Source of the DNA: a virus
Taxonomy: Duplodnaviria; Caudoviricetes
Length of the DNA stretch: 26,661 nucleotides
Virus record (IMG/VR): IMGVR_UViG_3300005662_000192
Location: 1-26,661 of that record
Direction: 5' to 3' (one strand)
The position numbers were made by a program, and so were the translations under genes. The notes beneath the pieces were generated by a model. That model was not told the origin of the DNA. It did no database searches and worked only from the letters and a program-made list of their open reading frames with translations. Positions 1 to 8,813 of the stretch are shown in pieces (position 1 is the first letter of the stretch; the number at the start of each line of letters is the position of its first letter).

Positions 1-2
1 AT

Positions 3-1097
3 ATTAATTCTGGGTTATGGAATGAATTTAAAACGTTTAGATTACCATTTATCGAAAATGCAAAAAGAGCTTATAGACAATTATCTCTTATCGAAGATTC
101 GGTTGTTATTTACCGGTTAGTAAGAGCTCCGGAAAGACTTGTCTTTAAAGTTTATACTGGTAACATGCCCCCTCCAAAAGCGGAATCATACATTAAATCA
201 ATGATGATGAAGTATTGGTCTAAAAAGACCTACAACGGAGCGGAAGGCAGAGTTACAAACATTTATGATCCGCAATCAATGTTGGATTCATATTGGTTTC
301 CGGTCGATCAACAAGGAAAAGGCACAGACGTTTCCACATTGCCTTCTGGAGGAAATTTAGGAGAAATTAAAGACTTGGATTACTTCCTGTCAAAGCTTTA
401 TAAAAGCTTAAAAGTTCCTACATCGAGATTTTTGACTCCAGGAGATCCGTTTAAAGATGGAGCAGAAATTACACGAGATGAATTAAGATTTGCGAGATTT
501 ATTATGAGGTTGCAATCCCAATTTGCAATTGGAATCAAAGAAACGTTTATTACTCACCTTAAACTTAAAGGTCTTTGGAAAGAATACAAACTAAAAGACC
601 AAGCTATAAAAGTTAAGTTCAACGAACCGACTTCTTTCATGGCAATGCGCAACCAACAATTGCTGCAAATGAAGTTTGAAAATTATAATACAGCAACCCA
701 AACGGAAGCTGTATCGAAATCATTTGCTCAAAAGTATTATTTGGATTGGTCGGCTGATCAAATGCATGAAAACAGGGAATGGCAAAGAAGAGATGCAGCT
801 CTTGCTTGGGAACTCGCCAAAATCGCGGAAATGGGTCCAAATTTTAGAGAACAATTAGCAGCTCAACAACAACTAACAGCCGGAGAAGGAGCTGACAGCG
901 GAGAAGCTCCAGCAATGCTTGGTGGGGGTGGAGGTGGTGGTGGAGGAGATTCTGCTATTCCTGAATTTGGGCCTGCTGGGGCAGAAGCTCCTGAAACAGG
1001 TGGGCCAGAAGCAGGAGCACCAGAAACTCCTACAGGAGCAGGGACTGGCGGGGCACCTGCTGCACCTACAACGGGACCAGAAACACCAACGGTCTAA
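3..1097 (+). CDS. gp20: T4-like portal vertex protein (gp20), 5'-truncated by the window edge
   Basis: The frame is open upstream of the listed ATG at 165, back to base 3, and reads ...RQLSLIEDSVVIYRLVRAPERLVFKVYTGNMPPPKAE. Downstream motifs DYFLSKLYKSLKVPTSR and AEITRDELRFARFIMRLQ match T4 gp20-family motifs. Confidence 0.95.
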   Translation: MNSGLWNEFKTFRLPFIENAKRAYRQLSLIEDSVVIYRLVRAPERLVFKVYTGNMPPPKAESYIKSMMMKYWSKKTYNGAEGRVTNIYDPQSMLDSYWFPVDQQGKGTDVSTLPSGGNLGEIKDLDYFLSKLYKSLKVPTSRFLTPGDPFKDGAEITRDELRFARFIMRLQSQFAIGIKETFITHLKLKGLWKEYKLKDQAIKVKFNEPTSFMAMRNQQLLQMKFENYNTATQTEAVSKSFAQKYYLDWSADQMHENREWQRRDAALAWELAKIAEMGPNFREQLAAQQQLTAGEGADSGEAPAMLGGGGGGGGGDSAIPEFGPAGAEAPETGGPEAGAPETPTGAGTGGAPAAPTTGPETPTV

Positions 1098-1109
1098 TTA
1101 AATACATTT

Positions 1110-1967
1110 ATGAGCGTTATTCCAGCTGGTTATCGAGGAGGTACAACATTAAATTCGAGTGTTACGTCATATGATGATCTCTCGATCAGAATTCAACATC
1201 AGCTTGGAGCTCCGTTAATCAATTTAGAAGTTTCTGATGAACAAGTTTATGATTGCATTACTGATGCAATCGAATATTTTACAAAGTGGGCAGGTTACAC
1301 AGAAGAATATCTTATATTTGATTCCAAGTTATATAAACAAGGTGTAGGAATAAAAGTAGATGATATGTGCACAAAGACTTCTGAGATGCGCAACAGCGGG
1401 GTTCCTGGTCTTTCGTCAAGTTACGATTATGATTTAGCGTCTTTAAGAAAAGTAGTCGATTGTTTTGAATTTTCTAAAGGAGAAGATACAGGCATTAACA
1501 CATTGTTTACTTTAGAACAATCAATGGCTCAACAAATTTACTCAAGCTATATGATTGGTAACTTTGGTTTTGATTTGATTACTTGGGAAGTGCTGAAAGG
1601 TTTTATTGATACTCGAAATAAAGTACTTGCAATGACTCCTCAATTTAGATTTGATTCTCGAACTCAAATTTTAAGAATTATTCCAGAACCAACCCCAGAT
1701 CACACATATCTCGGAGTTGTTGGCTGTTATATTGAAAGACCAATCAAAGATGTTATCAGAGAACGCTGGGTTCAAAAATATGCTTTAGCTTTAGTCAAAA
1801 TTGCAATCGCCAGAGTAAGAGAAAAGTATACAGGAACAAATCTTTTTGGTGGAGGATCAGTAAATGCAGGATTGTTAGCTGAAGGACTCAAAGAAAAAGA
1901 AACTTTGGAACAAGAATTAATGAATAGTTATCAAGATAACGCTCCAGCTCAATTTTTTATTGGGTAA
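1110..1967 (+). CDS. gp13: T4-like neck protein (gp13)
   Basis: QLGAPLINLEVSDEQVYDCITDAIEYF at the N-terminus and WVQKYALALVK...REKYTGTNLFGGGSVNA...FFIG at the C-terminus are gp13-family hallmarks. Confidence 0.88.
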   Translation: MSVIPAGYRGGTTLNSSVTSYDDLSIRIQHQLGAPLINLEVSDEQVYDCITDAIEYFTKWAGYTEEYLIFDSKLYKQGVGIKVDDMCTKTSEMRNSGVPGLSSSYDYDLASLRKVVDCFEFSKGEDTGINTLFTLEQSMAQQIYSSYMIGNFGFDLITWEVLKGFIDTRNKVLAMTPQFRFDSRTQILRIIPEPTPDHTYLGVVGCYIERPIKDVIRERWVQKYALALVKIAIARVREKYTGTNLFGGGSVNAGLLAEGLKEKETLEQELMNSYQDNAPAQFFIG

Positions 1968-1983
1968 TTTGTTAAATATTGTT

Positions 1984-2259
1984 ATGAATTTTCAATTACT
2001 AGTCGAAGAAATTCTTACAGAAGCAGGTAAATGCACTGGTCCAACGAAAAAAACCTCTTCTGATCGCAAAGGAAAAAAGTGGATGGCGTGTGTACGGCAA
2101 CCAAATGGTTCTTATAAGAAGGTCCATTGGGGACAAAAAGGAGTTACTGTAACAGGTAAAAAGGGTAATACAAAGCGCAAAAAGGCATTTAGAGCAAGAC
2201 ATAAGTGCTCTTCTGCTAAAGCTGGTAGTGCCCAAGCGCAAGCATGTAAAGATTGGTAA
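1984..2259 (+). CDS. Small basic protein (KVHWG...RKKAFRARHKC motif, DUF6321-like), probably packaged in the head
   Basis: ATG at 1984 is preferred over the non-ATG start at 1960 because TAAATA (1973-1978) lies just upstream. Lys/Arg-rich, with an acidic leader ending in ILTE-A, a possible prohead-protease site. Confidence 0.6.
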   Translation: MNFQLLVEEILTEAGKCTGPTKKTSSDRKGKKWMACVRQPNGSYKKVHWGQKGVTVTGKKGNTKRKKAFRARHKCSSAKAGSAQAQACKDW

Positions 2260-2261
2260 GC

Positions 2262-2269
2262 TATAAATA
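2262..2269 (+). promoter_or_regulatory. T4-type late promoter TATAAATA
   Basis: Perfect consensus, 5 nt before the ATG at 2275. Confidence 0.72.
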
Positions 2270-2274
2270 ATAAT

Positions 2275-2814
2275 ATGCCATACTACTCAAAAGAAAAATG
2301 TGTTTACAAGAAAGCTACTGACAAAAAAGTCGGTTGTACAAAAGGTCCTGTAAAAAAATACTTGGCTGCTTTGCATGCAGCTGCAGCTAATGAATCAATT
2401 GAAACGTCTACTGGCTCAAATTTAGACTTTAAAAATATTCGCTTCCCTTCTAAAAGCTCAGCTGTTGCTACATACCACTATCCATCCGAAAAAGACAGCG
2501 TGGATGTATTAATCTACTACACTTTAGGAAGAACAATGGAAGAAGTCGACTATTGTCACACTGTTATTAAGGATAACAATGACGTGCACAGCAAAGGAAT
2601 TTCTTTTGAAGATCCTCAATCAGCTGAATTGCAAGACTTTGCTCAATCTAAACACCTCAACATTTCATCGGATGATATAGAAATGGCTGGTCAGGATGGA
2701 TATTCCAGAATCGAATCTTATCTCACAGAACCTCAAGAAGCCGAACAATCATTTGAAGAGTCATTAAACTTTGGATCGTTGTTTCATTCATTGATGGATG
2801 AAGAAAAACTCTAA
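2275..2814 (+). CDS. Hypothetical protein (basic N-terminus, acidic body)
   Basis: 179-aa ORF preceded by a perfect TATAAATA; overlaps the next gene. Confidence 0.65.
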   Translation: MPYYSKEKCVYKKATDKKVGCTKGPVKKYLAALHAAAANESIETSTGSNLDFKNIRFPSKSSAVATYHYPSEKDSVDVLIYYTLGRTMEEVDYCHTVIKDNNDVHSKGISFEDPQSAELQDFAQSKHLNISSDDIEMAGQDGYSRIESYLTEPQEAEQSFEESLNFGSLFHSLMDEEKL

Positions 2815-3247
2815 ATATAGGCAGGGTATATATACGTTAGTTCACCCAGAAAAGTACAAGGGGAACAAACATCAAATATGCTGGAGGTCTTCTTGGGAAT
2901 GCAAGATGATGAAATTTTTGGATTATAACCCAAATGTAGTCGAATGGTCGTCTGAAGAAACAATTATACCGTATCAAAATCCCCTTACAGGAAGAGTGTC
3001 TAGGTATTTTGTAGACTTTTATGCTAAAATGAGAGACAAAAACGGAGAAGTTAAAAAGTTTTTGATTGAAGTTAAACCGCACTCTCAAACAATTCCTCCA
3101 GTTCAAAAAAACAGAAAAACTAGATCTTTAATTTACCAACAAGCGGAGTATGTGAAAAATCAGGCAAAATGGAAAAGTGCTTTTGAATACTGCTCCAAAC
3201 GAAATATGAATTTTGTAATTTTGACTGAAAAGCAATTGGGTCTTTAA
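2798..3247 (+). CDS. gp4: T4-like head completion protein (gp4; PD-(D/E)xK fold)
   Basis: HPEKYKG, WRSSWE, WSSEETIIPY, RYFVDF, LIEVKP, NQAKW and FVILTE motifs, in a head-gene context. Confidence 0.92.
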   Translation: MKKNSKYRQGIYTLVHPEKYKGNKHQICWRSSWECKMMKFLDYNPNVVEWSSEETIIPYQNPLTGRVSRYFVDFYAKMRDKNGEVKKFLIEVKPHSQTIPPVQKNRKTRSLIYQQAEYVKNQAKWKSAFEYCSKRNMNFVILTEKQLGL

Positions 3248-4323
3248 TACTTAATGCAGTAAAGCAAACTGACATTTTTTGGTCTCGTTTCGTTGGAAAC
3301 TCTCGGTGTAGATCCACCGGGACCATTAGAATCTCCTGAGCCAGCTGTAGCTTGGTCTCCTGTTGGACTTAGTACTTTTACTCCAGTAGATTGTGGGTTG
3401 ACAATAATTCCGGTTTCATTGGTAGTTAAAGTGACTGTGTGGGAGTGAGCACCTCCACCAGGATCTGTCGTTCTCTGGAAATCCCCTTGTACATCTGCTG
3501 AAAACCCGCTTCCACCTCCTCCACCCGGATCTTGCGCACTAGAGTTATCTTTGTATCCGTGAGTATGTTGAGAGTCCACACTTGCATTAGCAGTTCCTGT
3601 ATGAGTATGACCGTTATCAGTAATTCCATGGGCATGGGTAGGATCGTATATGTCGTGTTTGTGACCTTGAAAAGAATCAGATTGTTTCTGACCGCGAGAT
3701 GGTCCAGATGCTGTACCATCCGCATTTGTTCCAAAGCCTCTAATAAAATACCCTCTCAAATCAGGCAATTTACCGTCAGCTCCATATGTATTTCCTAAAA
3801 CTGTGTACAATCTACTAAAGTTTGCCGTCTTTCCTTGAAATGTTCCTGTTCCATCAGGAAGTGGTTGAAAGCCTTCTGATTCATTACCGTCGCAAAGAAG
3901 CCAACCATCTGGTGCTACAGAACCAGCAAAGGGCATAATTGCTCCTGGAGGAGTTTCTACATATGTGGGAAGAGTCAAACGTGCAGCATTTGTATTGCTC
4001 CACGAACTTAAGTCTAATGGTTTTTGTAGTTCTGCTGATAATCTTCTAGTGGTTGTGTCGTAATTTAATTTGATTGTGGGAGTATTTCCAACCCCTAAAA
4101 TGCCGTTAGCGTTGGCATCTGCACTAAGAGTTAATGTTAACGGATCAAAATAAAGAGAAACCGTTGGAGAGTTAGTCGTTTTAAAAATTTTATTAAAAAG
4201 ATCGCTAACAATTGTTTTATATGTTCTTCCGGAAGTTCCTGAGCCACGGGCCATTGGAATTTGATCCGTTGGTTGTGGATCTGCTTGTGTTAATTCAGAA
4301 ATTCTAGTAGGATTCAATGCCAT
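3244..4323 (-). CDS. Fibre protein with phage tail-collar domain and HxH needle
   Basis: Collar motifs PPGAIMPFAGSVAPDGWLLCDG and LPDLRGYFIRG; C-terminal ETRPKNVSLLYCIKY; five HxH motifs. Confidence 0.85.
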   Translation of the reverse strand: MALNPTRISELTQADPQPTDQIPMARGSGTSGRTYKTIVSDLFNKIFKTTNSPTVSLYFDPLTLTLSADANANGILGVGNTPTIKLNYDTTTRRLSAELQKPLDLSSWSNTNAARLTLPTYVETPPGAIMPFAGSVAPDGWLLCDGNESEGFQPLPDGTGTFQGKTANFSRLYTVLGNTYGADGKLPDLRGYFIRGFGTNADGTASGPSRGQKQSDSFQGHKHDIYDPTHAHGITDNGHTHTGTANASVDSQHTHGYKDNSSAQDPGGGGGSGFSADVQGDFQRTTDPGGGAHSHTVTLTTNETGIIVNPQSTGVKVLSPTGDQATAGSGDSNGPGGSTPRVSNETRPKNVSLLYCIKY

Positions 4324-4350
4324 AATGACTTTAATTATTCTAATTAATTT

Positions 4351-4815
4351 TTAGATACACTGCACTATAAAATAATTTGTGTTTTCTTCTGCTTCTAGAG
4401 GAGTTGTTCCATCCTCTTCTTTAACTAGAAAACATTCTTCAAAAATAGGATCATCGTCCATACAGGGTGCTGCAAAACGGCCATCTCCCATTTGCAAATC
4501 GTCCTCTTGCATCAATGGATCTCCGTCTCCGTCGACGTCATCTCCTAACTCTAAAGCCAAATAACAATCATGATTAAGAGCTTTTTCTGTTATTCTGCAT
4601 TCCATTGTTAGTGGAAATACGTTTCCATTGTTTCCAGTATAACCTTGCTGACGAACGTTGCTGGGTATTTGTTTAATTGAGCAGCTATCCTCTTGAACTA
4701 CTATTACTATTGGTTCTTCTATCACCACTTCTGTCTCAACTTCAGGAACAGAAAATACAGGATTGAGCTGGGTCAAATCAGGTAAATTTGGATATTTTAT
4801 AATACATTCGTCCAT
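4351..4815 (-). CDS. Acidic hypothetical protein, possible fibre anchor
   Basis: 154-aa Asp/Glu-rich ORF, co-oriented and directly upstream of the collar-fibre gene. Function is inferred only. Confidence 0.55.
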   Translation of the reverse strand: MDECIIKYPNLPDLTQLNPVFSVPEVETEVVIEEPIVIVVQEDSCSIKQIPSNVRQQGYTGNNGNVFPLTMECRITEKALNHDCYLALELGDDVDGDGDPLMQEDDLQMGDGRFAAPCMDDDPIFEECFLVKEEDGTTPLEAEENTNYFIVQCI

Positions 4816-4884
4816 TACTCAGAATAATTAAGGTTAACCTGGAGAAAAAAAATATAAATTAAATAAATAAAATTACACATAGCT

Positions 4885-5562
4885 ATGGGTTTAAAATTTT
4901 TAACTACTGAATTACACGAATCTTTAGAGTTTCTTGTAGAGGAAACAAATCGTCAAGAGCCTCAAAAATATTATATTACAGGCCCTTACATGATGGCAGA
5001 CAAACAAAATCAGAACGGCCGGATTTATCAATTATCTGAAATGTCTAACGAAGTCGATCGCTATACAAACGAAATGATCAAACCCCGTAGAGCCATTGGG
5101 GAAATGAATCACCCACAGTCTACAGAAGTTAATCCAGTAAATGCTTGCCATCTAGTAACAGAATTAAAGCAAAATGGAAATTACTTCATGGGTAAATCTC
5201 TTATTCTTGATACCCCAATGGGACAATTATTGAAATCTTTAGTTAAAGATAAAATTCAAATGGGCATTTCCACTAGAGGCCTCGGGAATCTTGCTGAATC
5301 TTCTACTGGTAAAATGGTTTCCAACTTTCACTTGATTTGTTTAGATGTGGTTCATCAGCCTTCTGTACAAAACGCTATGTTGGAGTCGGTTCTTGAATCT
5401 AAAGAGTGGATGTTGGGTACTGATGGGAGAATCTTAGAAGTTTCTGCTCGTGCTGCAAATGAATTAAAACGAGCTGTATCTTCATTACCTAAACAAGAAG
5501 TTGATCTTTTTTTAAAGGAACAATTGACTGCTTTCTTTAAAACCCTTAAAGGTAAATACTAA
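4885..5562 (+). CDS. gp21: Prohead core protease (gp21)
   Basis: NQNGRIY, AIGEMNHP, ILDTPMG, GISTRGLG and DVVHQPS motifs contain the His/Ser/Asp catalytic set of T4 gp21. Confidence 0.95.
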   Translation: MGLKFLTTELHESLEFLVEETNRQEPQKYYITGPYMMADKQNQNGRIYQLSEMSNEVDRYTNEMIKPRRAIGEMNHPQSTEVNPVNACHLVTELKQNGNYFMGKSLILDTPMGQLLKSLVKDKIQMGISTRGLGNLAESSTGKMVSNFHLICLDVVHQPSVQNAMLESVLESKEWMLGTDGRILEVSARAANELKRAVSSLPKQEVDLFLKEQLTAFFKTLKGKY

Positions 5563-5565
5563 TTT

Positions 5566-5709
5566 ATGAACGATACAAATACCAACATAAAACAATTTGT
5601 AGCAAAGATTGCTGACAAAAATTATAGCGAAGCTGGCCAAACTTTGCATAAAATCATTGAAAATAAGCTCAAAGAACGAATTAAAAGCTCTCTTGAGGTA
5701 AAAAAATAA
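5566..5709 (+). CDS. Small prohead core protein, gp67-like (47 aa; not in the ORF track)
   Basis: Manual translation: MNDTNTNIKQFVAKIADKNYSEAGQTLHKIIENKLKERIKSSLEVKK*. It fills the gp21-gp22 gap and its helical pattern resembles gp67-type core proteins. Confidence 0.6.
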   Translation: MNDTNTNIKQFVAKIADKNYSEAGQTLHKIIENKLKERIKSSLEVKK

Positions 5710-5735
5710 TTCAACTTAGATAAATAAAATATATT

Positions 5736-6701
5736 ATGATCAAAAGCATTCTCAGCGAACAATTCAAAGATCTAATTACAGAAGAAACTCTCAATACCCT
5801 TGAAGAGGCCTTCCAGCAAGCCGTTGAAGAAAAGTCTAAAGAAAAAATTCAACTCGAGTCTGAGAACGTCGCTCAAAAACTTAACGAAGAGTTTCAACAA
5901 AAATTAGATGAAACAATTCAAAAGATCGATGAAGATCATTCTGCTAAGCTAACAAAATTAGTGGAAGCAATCGATATGGATCACACAGCTAAGTTACAAA
6001 AGTATGTCAAAAAGGTTAACCAAAAACATGAAGCTGTTGTTGAATCCTTAAAAGCTGAACATGCTACCCAACTAAACGAAGAAGTTCAAAATTTCCAAGA
6101 AAAGATCGTAGAAGAAGTTTCCAACTACCTTGATCTTTATATCGATAAGAATTTACCAAAGGACCAAATCAGCGAAGCAGTCAAAAACATCAAAGCTGCT
6201 AATCAACTCAATCAAATTCGTCAAATCGTTGGAATCACAGAAGAATTCATCGATAGCGAAATCAAAGAAGCATTAGTTGACGGCAAAAAGACAATTGATT
6301 CTCTTCGCAACGAACTCAATGAAGCTCTTAAGCAAAACGTTGAATTAGCTCAAAGAGCCAATAAGTCCGAAGCACACATCATGATTGAGCAAAAAACTCA
6401 AGACATGCCTGCTACTAAGAAACAATTTATCAATAAACTCTTAAAGAACAAAGCTCCGCAATATATTGAAGAAAACTTCCGATATGTCGTCGAGATGTTC
6501 GAAAAAGAAACTCAGACGGAAGTTGATGAAATTAAAGAATCCGTCAAAAACCAATTCGTAAAAACCCCTCAAGTAGATCGCCCTGAGATTCTCGAGGAAA
6601 AACAAGAATTTAACAATGAGATTGAGCGCAACAGCACTTCAGGTGAAGGCGTCAGCGGCTATCTGAACGAGATGAAAAAACTTAACAGATTTGCTAAGTA
6701 A
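5736..6701 (+). CDS. gp22: Prohead scaffold protein (gp22)
   Basis: Glu/Lys-rich coiled coil with VEEVSNYLDLYI, positioned between the protease and the major capsid gene. Confidence 0.85.
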   Translation: MIKSILSEQFKDLITEETLNTLEEAFQQAVEEKSKEKIQLESENVAQKLNEEFQQKLDETIQKIDEDHSAKLTKLVEAIDMDHTAKLQKYVKKVNQKHEAVVESLKAEHATQLNEEVQNFQEKIVEEVSNYLDLYIDKNLPKDQISEAVKNIKAANQLNQIRQIVGITEEFIDSEIKEALVDGKKTIDSLRNELNEALKQNVELAQRANKSEAHIMIEQKTQDMPATKKQFINKLLKNKAPQYIEENFRYVVEMFEKETQTEVDEIKESVKNQFVKTPQVDRPEILEEKQEFNNEIERNSTSGEGVSGYLNEMKKLNRFAK

Positions 6702-6720
6702 TTCACTCACAATAAACAAA

Positions 6721-6725
6721 AGGAG
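6721..6725 (+). promoter_or_regulatory. Shine-Dalgarno AGGAG for the major capsid gene
   Basis: AGGAG followed by an A-rich 12-nt spacer and the ATG at 6738. Confidence 0.55.
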
Positions 6726-6737
6726 ACAAAAAAAACT

Positions 6738-8201
6738 ATGGCTAACTTAATGCATATTAACAAAGATTACGCTCAAACACTCGTTGAGAAGTGGAGTCCA
6801 GTATTGGATTTCAAGTCCAACAAAGTCAGCGAGATCTCGAACGAAACAACACGTTTAAACACTGCTATTCTCTTGGAAAACCAAGAAAAGTGGTGCTTGC
6901 GTGAAGGTAACACGGCTGCTCAAGGTGGTGTTTTCGGTACTTCATTCCAACCAACAGGTGGATTCCAGTCCGGAGACAACTATGCTGCAGGCGACGCTCG
7001 TTTGCCAAAGGTTCTCATCCCAATGATCCGTCGTACTTTCCCCGAGCTCATTACTAATGAGATCGTCGGTGTACAGCCAATGACAGGACCAGTCGGTCTT
7101 GCATTCGCTATGCGCTATAAGTATGATGCTGATTCACTTGGAGGTTCCACAAATGGTGGAGACGGAAGCATTAGTGCTGCCGATCGCATCGCCAATTCTG
7201 GTGCAGACCTTTCGCATAATAAGGAACTCGGTTATAACTATCTCAATTCCGCTTTCACAGGCGTTACTGCTGGACAACTCAGCGGTTTGCCAGGCGTTTG
7301 GGACGGTCTTTCCGAAGACTCTGGTATCGGTGCCTTGCTCAATCAATTTGAGCTTAGCTCCAAGATTCCACAGATCACCGTTTCGTTTGAAAAGACAGCC
7401 GTTGAAGCTCTAACCCGTAGGTTAGCAGCTAAATGGTCTGTTGAGCTCGAACAGGATCTTAAAAATATGAACGGTATCGATATCGATACTGAACTTACTA
7501 ACGCTATGTCCTATGAGATCCAGGCTGAAATCGACCGCGAGATGATCGCTCGTATGATTCAAGTCTGTCTCAATGCTGGCCCAACAGTTGGTTACTCGTT
7601 CTGGTCTGCTATCTCTGCTGATGGACGTTGGTCTGGAGAGCGCGCACGTGACTTCTACAATCGTTTGGTTGTTGAAGCTAACCGTGTTGCTATTCGCAAT
7701 CGTCGTGGTGCTGCTAATTTCATTATTGCTACACCTCGTATTTGCGCAATTCTCGAGACTCTTCCCGAATTCACATGGATGCCAGTCAACGGTAACGTAA
7801 ACACTCAGCCAGTCGGCATTGCTAAGGTAGGTTCCGTAGGCGGACGTTTCCAGATCTATCGTGACACTCGTACAGAAGCCCAAATCAATGATTATGGATA
7901 TACCTCGAGCATGAAGCCACCCGGTGGCTATCCAGCTCCAGGCCGTACGAAACCTCTCGACTACGCACTTCTTGGTTACAAGGGTGCTGAGTACTATGAT
8001 TCTGGTATCGTTTACTGCCCTTACATTCCTGTAATGGTGCAGCGCACTATCGGTCCTAACGACTTTAGTCCAAGAGTTGGTCTTTTGACAAGATATGGTG
8101 TGGTTGATCACATTTTTGGTGCCAACCTCTACTACCACCTTGTCATCTGCCAAGGTCTTGGTCAGTCGTTCGTTCCTGGTCAAGCAGCAACATACCTCTA
8201 A
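6738..8201 (+). CDS. gp23: Major capsid protein (gp23)
   Basis: LLENQ, VGVQPMTGPVGLAFAMR, WSVELEQDLKNMNG, AEIDRE, G.VYCPYIP, FSPRVGLLTRYG are T4 gp23-family motifs. Confidence 0.98.
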   Translation: MANLMHINKDYAQTLVEKWSPVLDFKSNKVSEISNETTRLNTAILLENQEKWCLREGNTAAQGGVFGTSFQPTGGFQSGDNYAAGDARLPKVLIPMIRRTFPELITNEIVGVQPMTGPVGLAFAMRYKYDADSLGGSTNGGDGSISAADRIANSGADLSHNKELGYNYLNSAFTGVTAGQLSGLPGVWDGLSEDSGIGALLNQFELSSKIPQITVSFEKTAVEALTRRLAAKWSVELEQDLKNMNGIDIDTELTNAMSYEIQAEIDREMIARMIQVCLNAGPTVGYSFWSAISADGRWSGERARDFYNRLVVEANRVAIRNRRGAANFIIATPRICAILETLPEFTWMPVNGNVNTQPVGIAKVGSVGGRFQIYRDTRTEAQINDYGYTSSMKPPGGYPAPGRTKPLDYALLGYKGAEYYDSGIVYCPYIPVMVQRTIGPNDFSPRVGLLTRYGVVDHIFGANLYYHLVICQGLGQSFVPGQAATYL

Positions 8202-8226
8202 TAGGTTGCTCTTACAGCAAAATCAT

Positions 8227-8259
8227 GAAACCCGGTCGAAAGGCCGGGTTTCTTTTTTT
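8227..8259 (+). terminator. Intrinsic terminator after gp23
   Basis: Stem GAAACCCGGTC / GGCCGGGTTTC (one G-U pair), GAAA tetraloop, then T7. Confidence 0.92.
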
Positions 8260-8301
8260 ACTCAGTTGATGTTTTTTTACTAGCGAATAAAATAATCAAT
8301 A

Positions 8302-8454
8302 ATGAGTAATAACAACCAAGCAGGGAAAGGGTCTAAACCAAGACCAGTAGATAAAAAAGAATTTGATAACAATTTTGACGAAATTGCATGGAAGAAAACG
8401 ACAGCCATTGTGTCAACAATGGTTAAAAAAGGAAAAATTACTTACAAATATTAA
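8302..8454 (+). CDS. Small phage protein (50 aa, GKGSKPRP motif; not in the ORF track)
   Basis: Manual translation: MSNNNQAGKGSKPRPVDKKEFDNNFDEIAWKKTTAIVSTMVKKGKITYKY*. It fills the gap. I recall GKGS.PRP...F..N.D.I from uncharacterised small phage proteins. Confidence 0.6.
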   Translation: MSNNNQAGKGSKPRPVDKKEFDNNFDEIAWKKTTAIVSTMVKKGKITYKY

Positions 8455-8813
8455 TTAATTTGACTAGATATCTCTAAGATCTTATTAAAATAAGAAGATG
8501 ATATCTTTTTAGTAACGCTCAACTTCGTGCTTAATTGCAAGGAAGAGAGTCTGTAATCATAATACAATAAACCTTCTGTTGTATAATCTTCAGATTTAAA
8601 AGGAATGGGAATATCAAAATTTTCCCGTTCGTTGTCTGAATTAATAATTGTTATTTGAATGTAAAAATGGACTCTCTTATAAAGAATCAATCTACCACTC
8701 TTTACGACTTTATTGTTTAAAATAAAGGCCAAAGGTTTTTGTAAATGTTCAAATAAAAAATTTTCTCCTGGGATAAAATCCATAAAAAAATTGTGACGCA
8801 GTAGAGTACTCAT
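8451..8813 (-). CDS. Hypothetical protein
   Basis: 120-aa ORF with a 4-nt overlap with the upstream gene; a later start is possible. Confidence 0.6.
   Translation of the reverse strand: MSTLLRHNFFMDFIPGENFLFEHLQKPLAFILNNKVVKSGRLILYKRVHFYIQITIINSDNERENFDIPIPFKSEDYTTEGLLYYDYRLSSLQLSTKLSVTKKISSSYFNKILEISSQIN

Noticed and set aside
2798-3247. TnsA-like endonuclease suggesting a Tn7 element or homing endonuclease
   Set aside because: Motifs and context match T4 gp4 head completion protein, which shares that fold; no other transposition genes or terminal repeats are visible.
7422-8183. 253-aa antisense ORF within gp23, and the other short nested or antisense ORFs in the track
   Set aside because: They lie inside well-supported genes and have no recognisable motifs; codon-bias shadows explain them.
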